Notes: generated from the sequence alone by a model not told the origin. Counted from the stretch's first letter, positions 22,599 through 34,455 are shown. The stretch is DNA of 64,000 bases from an uncultured Actinomycetes bacterium (GCA_963786725.1 CAWBAD010000002.1:125667-189666); one strand, 5' to 3'. A program made the numbers and translations.

Positions 22599-23778
22599 GC
22601 CCGTCCGGGTCCTGCGAGTCATTGCGCGGCTGAACAAGGGCGGGCCGGCGCTGCACGTCGCGTACCTCTCTGCCGGGCTGGAGGAGCGCGGCTACGAGAC
22701 GACGCTCGTCGCCGGCTCGCTGGCACGCGGCGAGGGCTCGATGGCGTACGTCGCCGAGCAGCGAGGAGTAGAGGTCGTCGCTCTGCCCGACCTCCATCGC
22801 GAGATCTCGCCGTTCCACGACCTGCGGGCGGCACACCGCCTCGCCGCGCTCATCCGGCAGCGTCCGCCCGCACATCCTCCACACGCATACGGCCAAGGCC
22901 GGCGCAGTCGGCCGCACCGCCGCGCTGCTGGCGGGCGACGCACGGCCACCGATCGTCGTCCACACGTTCCACGGGCACGTCCTCCGCGGCTACTTCGGCC
23001 CTGTGCAGCTCCGGCTTCTTCCGGATGCTCGAGCGCAGCCTCGCGGCGACGACCACCGCGCTCGTCGCCGTCAGCCCGGAGGTGCGCGACGACCTCGTCG
23101 CGCTCGGCGTTGCGCCGCGAGAGAAGTTCACGGTGATCCGCCTCGGCGTCGAGGTCGAGGAGCGGGTCGATCTCTCGCCGGAGACGCGGGAGCGGGCGCG
23201 ACGGATGATGGGCATCCCGCCCGAGCGCTTCACGGTCGGGTGGATCGGACGCATGACCGGCGTCAAGCGAACGGACGACATCGTGCTCGCGATGAAGCGG
23301 TTACTCGATCGCGGCGTCGACGCGTGCCTCTGCCTGGTCGGGCGACGGCCCGGACCGGGAGTCGACCGAGCAGCTCGCGCACGACCTCGGCATCGTCGAC
23401 CGCTGTCTCTTCCTTGGCTACCAGGACGACGTGGCGCCCTTCTACGCCGCGTTCGACGCACTCGTGTTGCCGTCGGCGAACGAGGGGACGCCGGTCAGCG
23501 CAATCGAAGCGCTGGCCGGCGGACGGCCGGTCGTCGCAACGCGGGTCGGCGGTGTGCCCGACGTCGTCCGCGACGGCGTCGACGGGTTTCTCGTCGAGCT
23601 CGGCGAGGTCGACGCGCTCGCGGATCGCCTCGGCCAGCTGGCCGCGGACCCCGAGCTCGCCAGGCGGATGGGAGAGGCAGGACGCGCGCGCGTGCTCGAG
23701 CGCTACTCCGTCAAGCGCCTCGTCGGCGACATCGACGACCTCTATCGCCGGCTGCTGGCCGAGAAGGGTCTCGCGTAG
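22585..23778 (+). CDS. GT4 family glycosyltransferase
   Basis: VRVLRVIARLNKGGPALHVAYLSAGLEERGYETTLVAGS, ...LVAVSPEVRDDLVALGV, PSANEGTPVSAIEALAGGRPVVATRVGGVPDVV. TAG at 23776-23778 abuts the convergent stop at 23779-23781. Confidence 0.75.
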
Positions 23779-26157
23779 CTAAACGACGGGAGTGCGCGTG
23801 ACCGAGGCGAGCAGGCGGCGCAGACCTTCCTCGAGCCGCACCTCCGGCTCCCAGCCGAGCACCTGGCGGGCGCGGGTGATGTCGGGCTGGCGCACCTGCG
23901 GATCGTCGACGGGCAGCGCCTCGAACACGACCGGGCTCTGCGAGCCCGTCACCTTGAGCACGGTATTTGCCAGCTCGAGCAGCGTGAACTCGTCCGGGTT
24001 GCCGAGGTTGACCGGGAGATGCTCCTCGCTCGTCGCGAGGAGATAGAGGCCGCGGATGAGGTCGTCGACGTAGCAGAAGCTTCGCGTCTGCGACCCGTCG
24101 CCGAAGACCGTCAGCGGCTCGCCGGCGAGCGCCTGGCGGACGAAGGTCGGGATCGCGCGGCCGTCGTGGGCACGCATCCGCGGGCCGTACGTGTTGTGAG
24201 CCATCACACCGGTCCCAGCCCAGAAGTTCTCATGCTCGGGTACCGAGAAGTCGTACACAAGAGGCGTAGCCTCGATCTCCCGGACTGCGGTCACGGCGGC
24301 CCACACGAGATCGCTCGTGCTCCGCGCATTGAGGCGCTGTGTAACTCCCGAGTCCCAGGCAAGCGGGCTCCAGGGAGAGACGTTCGCGAGAGTGAGACGC
24401 CAGAACGGGTAACGGCGCTCTCCCGTCTTTGCACGCAGGGTCGGCGTGTAACGACCAACCGAGGGGACCAAGCCGAAGCGGGCGAAGGCGACGATCGAGA
24501 TCGTCCTTGAGCTCGTCGTGGACGGTGGAAAACTCGTGCCGGACGCCTTCGGCCAGCTTCTTTCCGGAATGCACGCCGTCACCCTCTCGGTATCCCTCGA
24601 GGAACCACTTGAGCCGCGCGAGCGGCAGCCCGAGAATCCAGCCCGGGATTCGCTTGCGGTGTGTCGTCGAAGCCGAGGTAGTCCATGAGCCGCAGGAGTA
24701 GCTTCGAGTGAATGAAGATCGACGGCGCGCGATCTGTGTCGCCCCGCGCGCGAGTGACGTGAAGACCAAGGTGACGACGAACGATGGCTTCGGCGCGGTC
24801 GAGGAGCCGGCGGTCGCCGCTTATCGTCAGATGACGCGCTCTTGCCCTTCTCGTGCAGGCAGCCCTCTGCGACGTAGAGGCCGAGCAACCACAAGAGCTC
24901 GTCGGTGATGACGATTCGAGCGGGGAGAGGCACGCTACGACCCGCATGGTTGATGCCGCACGCGGGCTCCCCTGGCACCTCGTGGTCCACGCGGCGGAGA
25001 ACCGGCAAAGGAACTCGATCGCTCTCCCGCATGCGAATGAGCTTCGTCCACGCACCGTTCCGCCAGTTCGGGCCGTTGTTCCTACGCTCTGTCACGAGTA
25101 GGCCGAAGATGTCGAAGCGCTGTTCCCAGGCCAGCCGGCCGAGGCCCGGCGCTGGACAAGGAGATCCCAGGGATCGCCTTCGGCGTACTGCCATACATCG
25201 AGCATGCTCACTTCGCGCCGATCGCGTTCGGGGACGTCAATCCTCCGAGCGATTGCGATCCTGTCGCCAAGCTCGAGCGACTCGACCTCGCGTGGCACCG
25301 GCTCGCCGTCCGGTCCCTCGACGAAGACCGAGTGATCACCCGTGACGCGGATCGAGCGGCCGTAGCGAGTCTGCACCTCGAAGCACCGAGCGTCCGTGGG
25401 GTGGCCGATCAGCGAGCTCGCCGCGGCCGCAACGAGACGGCCGCCGTGCGTGAACGCCGGAACCGTGACGCCGTCGAGCGCGTACTCGACCGAGGGCGAT
25501 GTCAATACGGCTCCGTCTCGCTCAAGACAGCACGGGAACAGGTGAAGGAATCAGCCGGCCAGCGAGCTCGGACACCCGTTCACGCCGGAGCTCCTTCCCG
25601 TCGTCATAGAGCACTTGCTCGTCGGCAAGGATCGAATTGAAGATGCGGACGATCGACGTGTTGACGCCCTGCTGGCCGTGGTACGCCATCGTCAGCGCCT
25701 CGCCGTAGCGTTTCGCCTCGTCGTAGACGCCGCGCGGGCCGATCGGGTTCACGTTCCCCCAGTAGCTCTCGGGCTGGGGGTGCACGAGCGGGTCGCCGTA
25801 GACTTCGCTCGTCGACGCGAGCAGGAACCGCGCGCGCTTGAACTTCGCGAGGCCGAGCGCGTGATGCGTCCCGTGCGAGCCGACCTTGAGCGAGTGCAGC
25901 GGCTGCCGCATGTAGTCGATCGGGCTGGCGAGCGCGGCCAGGTGGAAGACGAAGTCCACCGGCCCCTCGATCTCGATCTGCTCCGTGACGTCATGATTCA
26001 GGTAGACAAAATCGTCGCCACGGATGTGCTCGAGGTTCTCGAGGGTCGACGTCTCGAGGTTGTCGACGCAGACCACGCGGTGGCCCTCCGCGAGCAGGTA
26101 GTCGCAGAGATGCGAGCCGAGGAACCCGGCCCCGCCGGTGACGACGCAGGTGCTCAT
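23779..26157 (-). CDS. UDP-glucuronate decarboxylase-type extended SDR (UXS/RmlB-like), interrupted by an intein
   Basis: N-extein 25636..26157: [21 protein letters not shown] (GxxGxxG), [19 protein letters not shown] (YxxxK), ...IVRIFN. C-extein 23779..24192: [45 protein letters not shown]...[12 protein letters not shown]. Joined, the exteins give an uninterrupted RIFNTYGPRM. Confidence 0.85.
24193..25635 (-). mobile_element. intein with LAGLIDADG homing-endonuclease domain (Ser1 ... His-Asn / Thr+1)
   Basis: Block A is [16 protein letters not shown] from 25635. Block B is [12 protein letters not shown] (25332-25343). LAGLIDADG motifs are LLGLYVAEG (24862-24885) and [10 protein letters not shown] (24575-24604). 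Blocks F/G are [40 protein letters not shown] (24193-24312). The 1443 nt keep both exteins in one frame. There are several internal frame changes. Confidence 0.85.
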
Positions 26158-26192
26158 CGATCGAACTCTAGCCCGCCGGAGTTCGCGGTTTG

Positions 26193-27129
<937 letters not shown>

Positions 27130-27132
27130 GGA

Positions 27133-28047
27133 CTAGGCGTTGCGTGTTGCCATGCGACCCGCCACGGGATCCCAGAGCAGCGCCGCCACGATGCCGAGCA
27201 GGAGGCCGATGAAGGCGCCGACGAGTACGCTCGTCCGCCGGCTCGTCGGCTCCGTCCGCACCGCCATCGCCGCCGCCGTGATGCGGCTTTGCTCGATGTC
27301 CTTGGCCAGCGAGACCGCGCGTCGTCGTGTTGAAGCGGTTGAGCTCGAGCGTGGCCTGCCGCTGCTCGGCGAGCGTGATCTCCGAGTTGAGGCTCGTCAG
27401 CGCGACGAGCTTCTCGGTGGGGCTGAGCGTCGGATCGGCGACGATCTCCTTCTGCGACGCCCGTGCGGCGTCGAGGCGGCGCGTTGACGATCCCGAGCTG
27501 GCGTGTCGATGTAGGCGAGCTGCTGCTCGAGCGTGTCGATCTTCGTGCTCGTGTAGCCGCCGACCTTGCCCACGACCTGCCGCGCGAGGTGGTTCGCCGC
27601 CGCGGCCGTCTTCGCCGCGATTCGACCCGGTGACCTGAATCGAGAGCAGCGGCGCCGGGAACGCCTGTCTGCGTGTTCGATGTGCCGGGTATCGGTCGCG
27701 CGGTGATGTGGTCGCGCAGTCTCGACGGGCCGTAGCCCTACCGCCGAGGCAGCCTTCTCGATCGCGTCCTCGCTCGTGACGAACGCCTGGACGAGGCCGA
27801 GCGTGGTCGGTGACGTGGTGACGGCGGCGGCGGAGTCGGGAGCCAGCGGCTGGCCGAGATACACCTGCGCCGTCGCCTTGTAGATCTTTCCGTCCGAGAG
27901 CGAGAAGAGAAAGCCGATCAGCGCTCCGAGCACGGCGCCGACGACGAGCAGCCACCAGCGGGCGGCAATCGTCCGGGCGTAGCGCCCGAAGTCGACCTCT
28001 TGCTCGGCCTCCAGCTCGACAGCCTGCGGCTCTGAATCGGGGCTCAT
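27133..28047 (-). CDS. polysaccharide co-polymerase / chain-length determinant (Wzz-like, no kinase domain)
   Basis: MSPDSEPQAVELEAEQEVDFGRYARTIAARWWLLVVGAVLGALIGFLFSLSDGKIYKATAQVYLGQP. The middle is coiled-coil-like (STKIDTLEQQLAYID..., LNSEITLAEQRQATLEL). There is a C-terminal TM helix SVLVGAFIGLLLGIVAALLW. Several frame changes. Confidence 0.6.
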
Positions 28048-28957
28048 TGGGCGCCGACTGTAGCCGAGGCCCACTCCCACTGTGCCCGCAAGCCGTCCTC
28101 CAGCGAGACCTTCGGCGACCAGCCGAGCTCCGTGCGAATTCGCGTCGTGTCCGCGTTCGTGCGCCGCTGGTCACCGGGAACCGGCGGCTGCTCACGGATC
28201 TCCAGCGAACGGCCGGCGAGGCCCTCGAGGATGCCGATCGCCTCGCGCAGCGACGCCTCGACGCCGCCGCCGACGTTGTACGTGCCGCCGCCGCCGCCCA
28301 TGGCGAGGATCGTCGCGTCGACGACGTCGTCGACGTACGTCCAGCCGCGCGACTGCTCGCCGTCGCCGTAGAGGTCGAACGGCTCGCCGGCGGCGAGGCA
28401 GTGCACCACCTTCGTGAAGGCCATGTCCGGCCGCTGCCTCGGGCCCGAAGGCGTTGAAGTAGCGCAGGACGACCGCGTCGAGGTCGAAGCTGCGCGCCGT
28501 AGGCCCGGGCCAGGTGCTCGCACGTGAGCTTCGTGATGCCGTACGGAGAGACCGGCGCAGGCGGCGTGTCCTCCGGCGTCGGGTACCGCTCGGCCTCGCC
28601 GTACACGGACGACGACGATGCGAAGACCACGCGCACGCCGTCGCGCGCTGCGGCCTCGAACACCCGCTGCGAGGCGAGCACGTTCCGCTCGACGTAGAGC
28701 GGGAAGACGCTGCCGAAGCTGCGCACGCCCGGCTGACCGGCGAGATGAAAGACGCCGTCGAAGCCGGCGAAGTCGAGCTCGTCCACGGCCAGGTCGAGAC
28801 GCCTCACGTCCAGCCGTTCTGCGTTCTGCTCCTTGAGCCGCGGGTCGTAATGGTCGGTGAAGTTGTCGATGCCGACCACGTCGTCGCCGCGCGCGCCGAG
28901 CGCTTCGGCGAGCAGCGAGCCTATGAACCCGCGGCGCCTGTGACGACGTACTCTCAC
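28044..28957 (-). CDS. NAD-dependent sugar epimerase/dehydratase
   Basis: GTG 28955-28957, then (with two indels within 25 nt) VVTGAAGFIGSLLAEAL, FASSSSVYGE, SPYGITKLTCEHL (YxxxK), LYGDGEQSRGWTYVDDVV. It ends ...WEWASATVGAQ*. Confidence 0.8.
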
Positions 28958-30252
28958 GACGGGCTAGCGTAATCGCGGCTGCGCGTGGCGGTGAGCAACA
29001 ACCAGCCTGTGAGCGCGAGCGCGACGGCGAACATCAGAACCGACACCGGCTCCCAGATCCCGGAGGGGCCCGGCAGCACGAACGGATAGACGAACGCGTT
29101 GAAGAGGCTCGCCACGGCTGCGGCCGCTCCCAGCAGAAGCTGCTCGCGCCGGCTGCGTGCGAGGAGCGCGATCGCGATTGCCCACGCGACGAGCAGCACC
29201 ACGAGGAATTGCGCGCTGAAGATGCGGTTCGTGAGCAGCAACGCCACGGGCGCCAGGGCGGCGAGGGCGACTCCCGCGGCCAGCCGACCGCGTGCGAGCC
29301 AGGCGAGGGCGAGCACGCCGGCGAGGATCAGCAGCTGAACGACGGTAACCGCAGGATCGGCCCAGTCGGGCACGACCGCCGAGTGTGAGAAGTCCTCGCC
29401 CAGGTCGGCCTGCCCGAGCCAGTGCAGCGGGAGGTACGGCAGCGACTCACCGGTGATCGTGCGGCCGCTCTGGATCGAGTACGCCGCCCAAACGTCGTCC
29501 GCGTCCCAAACGAGGTAGGGAAGCGTCAGCACTGCGAACGCGACTACGAACCCCGCCGCGTGCCGCAATCCTTCACGCGCTCGTCGCGACGCGAGCAGCC
29601 ACACGAGCAGGCTGAGCGCAGCGAGCGCCGGCGTCCACTTGACGGCCGCGCCGACGCCGAGCACGAGGCCTGCGAAGCCGAACCGCTCCCGGTACGCGAG
29701 CGCGAGGCCGACGGCCAGCAGCGCAGCCGGCACGAGGTCGAACTTGAACTCCCAGAAGTACGCGTTCAGCGGCCAGAGGGCGACGAGCGCCGCCAGCCAG
29801 GCGCTCCAGCGGGTCCGCAGCGACCAGATTGCCGCGACGGCGGCGAGCTGGAAGACGATCATCAGCAGCGCGTTCGGCGTGCGTGCGTCGTCGCCCAGCC
29901 AGGTCTCCAGCGCGAAGAGCGAGACGGCGCCGGTCGGGTACTCCGAGCGCGGGTAGTCGCCATCCGGTAGCGATTGGCCCTGCCTCGTGTAGATCGAGAT
30001 GTCGAAGTCGACCGGGACGTCCTGGGCGATGTGGACGCCGACGATTGCCAGCTGGAAGGCGAAGGCAATGCCCAGCAGCGGCAAGAGCCGGAGCCGCTCC
30101 TGGCCCCGCCACGCGATGAACAGCGCGGCCGCCGCGGCTGCTGCCTCGGCCAGCAGCCAGGCGTAGTCCCGCCCGGCTTCGACTCGTCCGGCCTCCAGCA
30201 GCACGATCGACGCCGCGCCGCCGGCGAGCGCCCATATCGGGTGACGCGTCAC
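28954..30252 (-). CDS. polytopic membrane protein, GT-C-like (DUF2029/GT87-type)
   Basis: A single uninterrupted 432-aa ORF with about 11 hydrophobic helices and a GVGAAVKWTPALAALSLL loop motif. GTGA overlaps at both ends (28954-28957, 30249-30252). Confidence 0.6.
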   Translation of the reverse strand: MTRHPIWALAGGAASIVLLEAGRVEAGRDYAWLLAEAAAAAAALFIAWRGQERLRLLPLLGIAFAFQLAIVGVHIAQDVPVDFDISIYTRQGQSLPDGDYPRSEYPTGAVSLFALETWLGDDARTPNALLMIVFQLAAVAAIWSLRTRWSAWLAALVALWPLNAYFWEFKFDLVPAALLAVGLALAYRERFGFAGLVLGVGAAVKWTPALAALSLLVWLLASRRAREGLRHAAGFVVAFAVLTLPYLVWDADDVWAAYSIQSGRTITGESLPYLPLHWLGQADLGEDFSHSAVVPDWADPAVTVVQLLILAGVLALAWLARGRLAAGVALAALAPVALLLTNRIFSAQFLVVLLVAWAIAIALLARSRREQLLLGAAAAVASLFNAFVYPFVLPGPSGIWEPVSVLMFAVALALTGWLLLTATRSRDYASPS

Positions 30253-31357
30253 GCGCGCTCGGCCACGAGCTCTGTGTACACGGCCTCGTGAGCCTCGGCC
30301 GCGCGCTCCCAGCTCAGCTGCTCGCGCGCGGCCGTGCTAGTCGCGACCGGGTGCTGCAGCAGGCGGGAGCACGCGTCGGCGAGTGCTCCTGGATCCTCGG
30401 GCGGGACGACGGCGCCGGCGTCGAGCTCCCGGACCGTGTCGCCGAGCGAGCCCACGTCCGTCACGACCACCGGCCTGCCGTAGCCAAGCGCCGTCGCGAG
30501 CACGCCGGACGACTCGATGTGGCGGTAAGGAAGCACGACGACTGCAGCCTCCTCCATGACGTCGGCGATCTCATCGTCGCCGAGAAATCGCAGGCGCCAC
30601 TCGATCCGCTCGGCGACTCCGAGCTGCCGAGCGAGGTCCTGGAACGGCTTGGCCGGCTCGATGGGATCGCCGGCCACGACCAGCCGGACGTCGGGCACCT
30701 CCGTCGGCGATCGCCGGCAAGGCTCGGATCGAGCAGGTCGAGCCCCTTCGACCGGCGGATGAGCCCGAAGAAGACGAGCGTCGGCCCAACGGGCGGCGCG
30801 ATCTCCCGCGAGGGCTCGAACACCGGATGCGGGATGCGCACGATGCGCGCGCGGTCGACGCCGAGCTCGGCCAGCTGATCGACGGCGCCGGCGCCGTGCA
30901 CGACCACCCGATCGACCGTGTTGAACACGCGCCGCCAGAGGTCGACCTTCTCCGCAGTCCGTCGCGGCAGGACGTCGTGCGCGGTGAAGACGACCGGTCG
31001 CTCTCGTCCCACCTCCTCCAGCCAGCGCAGGTCGTAGCGCGGCAGGCCCAGCCATTGCACGTGCAGCACGTCGGGGTCGAGCCGCGCGATCTCCCTGGTC
31101 ATGCGCCGCGCGCTCGGCACGTACTCGAGACCCTTGGAGAGGAACCGCAGCCGTGAGCGCGGGTTGCCGCGCAGCAGCCGAGCACTGCGCGTGAAGAACA
31201 CGTCGTGTTGGCGGTAGCCGTCGGGCGGCGGCAGCTCCGCAAACACGAAGCTCGCGGCGAACAGGTCGACGTCGTGCCCGCGGCGCGCAAGCGCCTGAGC
31301 CAGGCTACGGTCGTACGGCAGCGTGTAGCTCACGGGATCGGCAAGGCTGATCCGCAC
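30249..31357 (-). CDS. GT4 family glycosyltransferase
   Basis: GTG 31355-31357 gives RISLADPVSYTLPYDRSLAQALARRGHDVDLF. Further motifs: LHVQWLGLP, FFGLIRRSKGLD, LPYRHIESSGVLATALGYGRPVVVTDVGSLGDTV. One frame change near 30700. Confidence 0.75.
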
Positions 31358-31366
31358 GGCACGTAG

Positions 31367-32327
31367 TCTGCTGCAATCACGACTGCGCGCGACTTTCCCT
31401 TCTTCCTCCTCGGCCACGACCGCTCCGGGACGACCATGCTGCGGCTCATCCTCGACCGCGGTGACGTCGCCATCCCGCCGGAGTCGATGTTCCTGCTGGA
31501 CGTCGACCCGCAGCAGGGAGCAGAGGACGTGTTGCGCGCGGCGTGGAACCACCCGCGGGTGCGGCTTTGGGGCCTGTCCGGCGAGCCCCCCGCCGTTGCC
31601 GGAAGGGATGAACGGCGCGGACGCGTTTCGCTTCGCCGTCAGCGCCCCGTTCGTCGCCTACGCCGATCTGGAAGGAACGACGCGCTGGGGTGACAAGACG
31701 CCCGCCTACATCGCCCACGTCGACCGGCTGGCCTCGATCTGGCCGGATGCGCGCTTCGTCGTGCTCGTGCGTGATGGACGCGACGTTGCCCTGTCGGTGA
31801 TGGGCGTCCCCTTCGGGCCCAACAACGCGTGGGCGGCGGCGCGCTCGTGGGCGGGCGCCATCCGCCAAGGGCGAGCCGCGGCGGCGCGCTACCCGGGACG
31901 AGTGCTAGAGATTCGTTATGAAGACCTCGTCTCCGAGCCGGCGGAGACGATCACGGCCGTGTGCGAGTTCCTCGAGCTCGAATATGCCCCGGACATGCTC
32001 GCGATCGAGCAAACCGACCGCTCGAAGGTGGTCGAAGACCAGGCTGGATGGTTCACGAACGTCTGGGCAGGAATCACCACCGCCGCCGTCGGCAAGTGGC
32101 GGACGGAGCTGACGCCGCGCCAGGTGGAGGTGTTCGAGTCCGTCGCCGGAGACGAGCTCCGCGCGCTCGGCTACGAGACGAGCGGCGGTGAGGCGTCGCA
32201 GGCTCTCGTCCCGGCGTATGCGGCCCATGACGCCGCCATGCGCGGAGTGAACTTCGTCCGCCTGCGTCTCGTGCAGGAGCGCGGCCGGGAGGTTCGACAC
32301 GTGCTCAGGCGAAAGCTGGCGCGGTGA
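31367..32327 (+). CDS. sulfotransferase family protein
   Basis: FFLLGHDRSGTTMLRLILD is a 5'-PSB-like G-x-x-RSGTT loop that lies upstream of the first listed ATG at 31436. WGDKTPAYIAHVDRLASIWPDARFVVLVRDGRDVALS is 3'-PB-like. Also YEDLVSEPAETITAVCEFLELEY. There is no canonical start after the in-frame stop at 31364-31366. Confidence 0.7.
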
Positions 32328-32966
32328 GCCACCTCGTCAAACGGGTCGCGGATCCGGTGCTCGGCCGGGATCGCGCTCGTCCTGCTCAGCCCGGTGTTCC
32401 TCGCCATCTCGCTGTGGATCGTCGTCGAGTCGGGGCGGCCGGTCTTCTTCGTCTATCCCCGGGCGGGTAAAGACGGCAAGCCCTTCCGGATGTTCAAGTT
32501 TCGGACGATGGTGCAGGACGCCATCGAGCTCGGTCGCTCGACGGGCATCAGCCGCGATCCGTTCGGCGTCGTGAAGGACGATCCTCGCATCACCGGCGCC
32601 GGCCGCTGGCTACGCCGCACGAGCCTCGACGAGCTGCCTCAGCTCGCGAACGTCGTGCTGGGCCAGATGAGCCTCGTCGGGCCCCGCGCAGACCTCGTCG
32701 AGCAGGCGGCGCGGTATACGCCGGAGGAGGAGCGGCGGCTGACCGTGCTGCCGGGCATCACCGGCTGGGCCCAGGTGCACGGACGGGACAGCATCGGCTG
32801 GGCCGAGCGCTTCCGGATGGACCTCTGGTACATCGACAACTGGTCGCTCTGGCTCGACGTGAAGATCATCTTCTCGACGTTCGGCGAGCTGTTCCGCAGC
32901 GAGCCCGAGCCTGTCGAGGACGAGCTCAACATCGAGCGCGCGCGGGCCGCCGAGACCGAGCGTTGA
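32324..32966 (+). CDS. small monotopic phosphoglycosyl transferase (PglC/WecP-like 'bacterial sugar transferase')
   Basis: GTGA overlap at 32324-32327. ...LLSPVFLAISLWIVVESGRPVFFVYPRAGKDGKPFRMFKFRTMV, SLDELPQLANVVLGQMSLVGPRA, LPGITGWAQVHGR, DLWYIDNWSLWLDVKIIFST. Confidence 0.8.
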
Positions 32967-33914
32967 GGGAGGTTCCCGCCGGCGAGTGGGACGAGCTGCT
33001 CGCCGGGCTCGGCTGCGCTGACGCGTACCTCCTGCGGGCCTACGTCGAGGCGAGCTGCGTGCTCGATCCCGGCGAGCCGGTGCTGCTGGAGCACGACGGC
33101 TCGGTCCTGGCCTGCATCGTCGGGCGATCCCCGGCACGCGACGCGTATGACGTGACGACGCCGTACGGCTACGGCGGGCCAGTCGGCGCGCGGTTCCTTT
33201 CACGAAGCCGTACGAGCGCTGGTGCGCCGAGCGCGAACGTCGTCTCGACGTTCATCCGCTACCACCCGCTGTTCGAGAACTATCGCGGCGCACCGCACGC
33301 GACCTACGTCAGTCCGACGATCGGCTGGCCGCTGCGAGGGCGACCTGCTCGCGGGCATGCACGGCAAGCACCGCAACGTCGTCCGCAAGGCGCAAAAGGC
33401 CGGCGTCGCCGTGGACGCAACCCCCGCGCCCGACGACCTCTCGACGTTCGTCGCGCTGTACGAGCAGACGATGGAACGGCAGGACGCCACCGGGTACTAC
33501 TTCTTCCCAACTGAGTACTGGGAACGGCTCACCGCGCTCGGTGGCAACCTCGTGCGCTTCGATGCGCTGGCTGCCGGAGAGGTCGTCGCCTCGGCACTCT
33601 GCCTGCGCGGCGACCGCTGGCTCCACTACCACCTCGGTGCCACGGCTGATGCCGCGCGCGACCTCGGCGCCTCGAACCTCTTGCTCTACACGGCCGCTCT
33701 CTGGGGTCAGACGCAGGGCCTCGAGGAGTTCCACTTGGGCGGCGGCGCCGGAGCCACGGAAGACTCGCTCTACGCCTTCAAGCGGCGCTTCAGCCCGGAG
33801 GGCCGACGCGAGTTCTGGGTGGGAACGCTCGTCCACGACGAGGAGGCATATCGCCGCCTTTCTGGGCGCGCCGAGATCGACTACGAGGGCTTCTTTCCGG
33901 CCTATCGCGCGTAG
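32963..33914 (+). CDS. FemAB/CelD-like GNAT (Acetyltransf_6-type) protein
   Basis: TPYGYGGPVG, FIRYHPLFEN, GKHRNVVRKAQKAGV, FVALYEQTMERQDATGYYFFPTEYW, WLHYHLGATADAARDLGASNLLLYTAALWG, FHLGGGAGATEDSLYAFKRRF. TTGA overlap at 32963-32966. One frame change. Confidence 0.65.
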
Positions 33915-33917
33915 GGC

Positions 33918-34423
33918 TCAGGTGCGCATGCCGGTCGGCGGAACCGGGGGCTCGGCCACGATTCGCGGACGGCCGGATGGTCGAGCGGGCACGGCGCCAG
34001 CGTTGTCGACGAAGAGGCAGAGCACCCGGCCCTCCGGTCGCGCAGCGCTGGACGCAAGCAGCCCTCGCCAACCCTCGCGCCAAAGCTGCTCGCCGACGCT
34101 TTGATACGGCCCCCACGTCTTCCGCCCCGGAGCCGGCAAGTCGAGTCCGACTCTCCCGAGCCGGGCAGCACTGGTGAGATTGGCGACGCGGCCGGCGGCG
34201 ACCCGGTAACGCCACACGTCGCGGGGAAGCTTCATCAAGGGCGGAAGGCCATGCTCCGCAAGGTGCCGATACCACTCGGCCCAGAGCGTTGCCTCTTCGT
34301 CGGCGAGGTACAGCGCGTCCACGACACGCCCGCGTTGCCAGCGCCCGTTGCCGGGTGGATACGGCCGGCCGCGGGGATCCGCTCCGTGTGGGAGGTAGCG
34401 CAGCCACGTTCCGCTGACGTCAA
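33918..34423 (-). CDS. RES-domain toxin (MbcT/ParT-like NAD-targeting family)
   Basis: One frame stays open from about 34450 to TGA 33918-33920: ...GTWLRYLPHGADPRGRPYPPGNGRWQRGRVVDALYLADEEATLWAEW...GWRGLLASSAARPEGRVLCLFVDN. This carries the R, E and S signature positions. No canonical start lies upstream of the essential GRW arginine. A TTG at 34421-34423 is in a neighbouring frame. Confidence 0.75.
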
Positions 34424-34455
34424 TCGAGCCGACGTCGAGCGGCAGGGCGGTGTCC

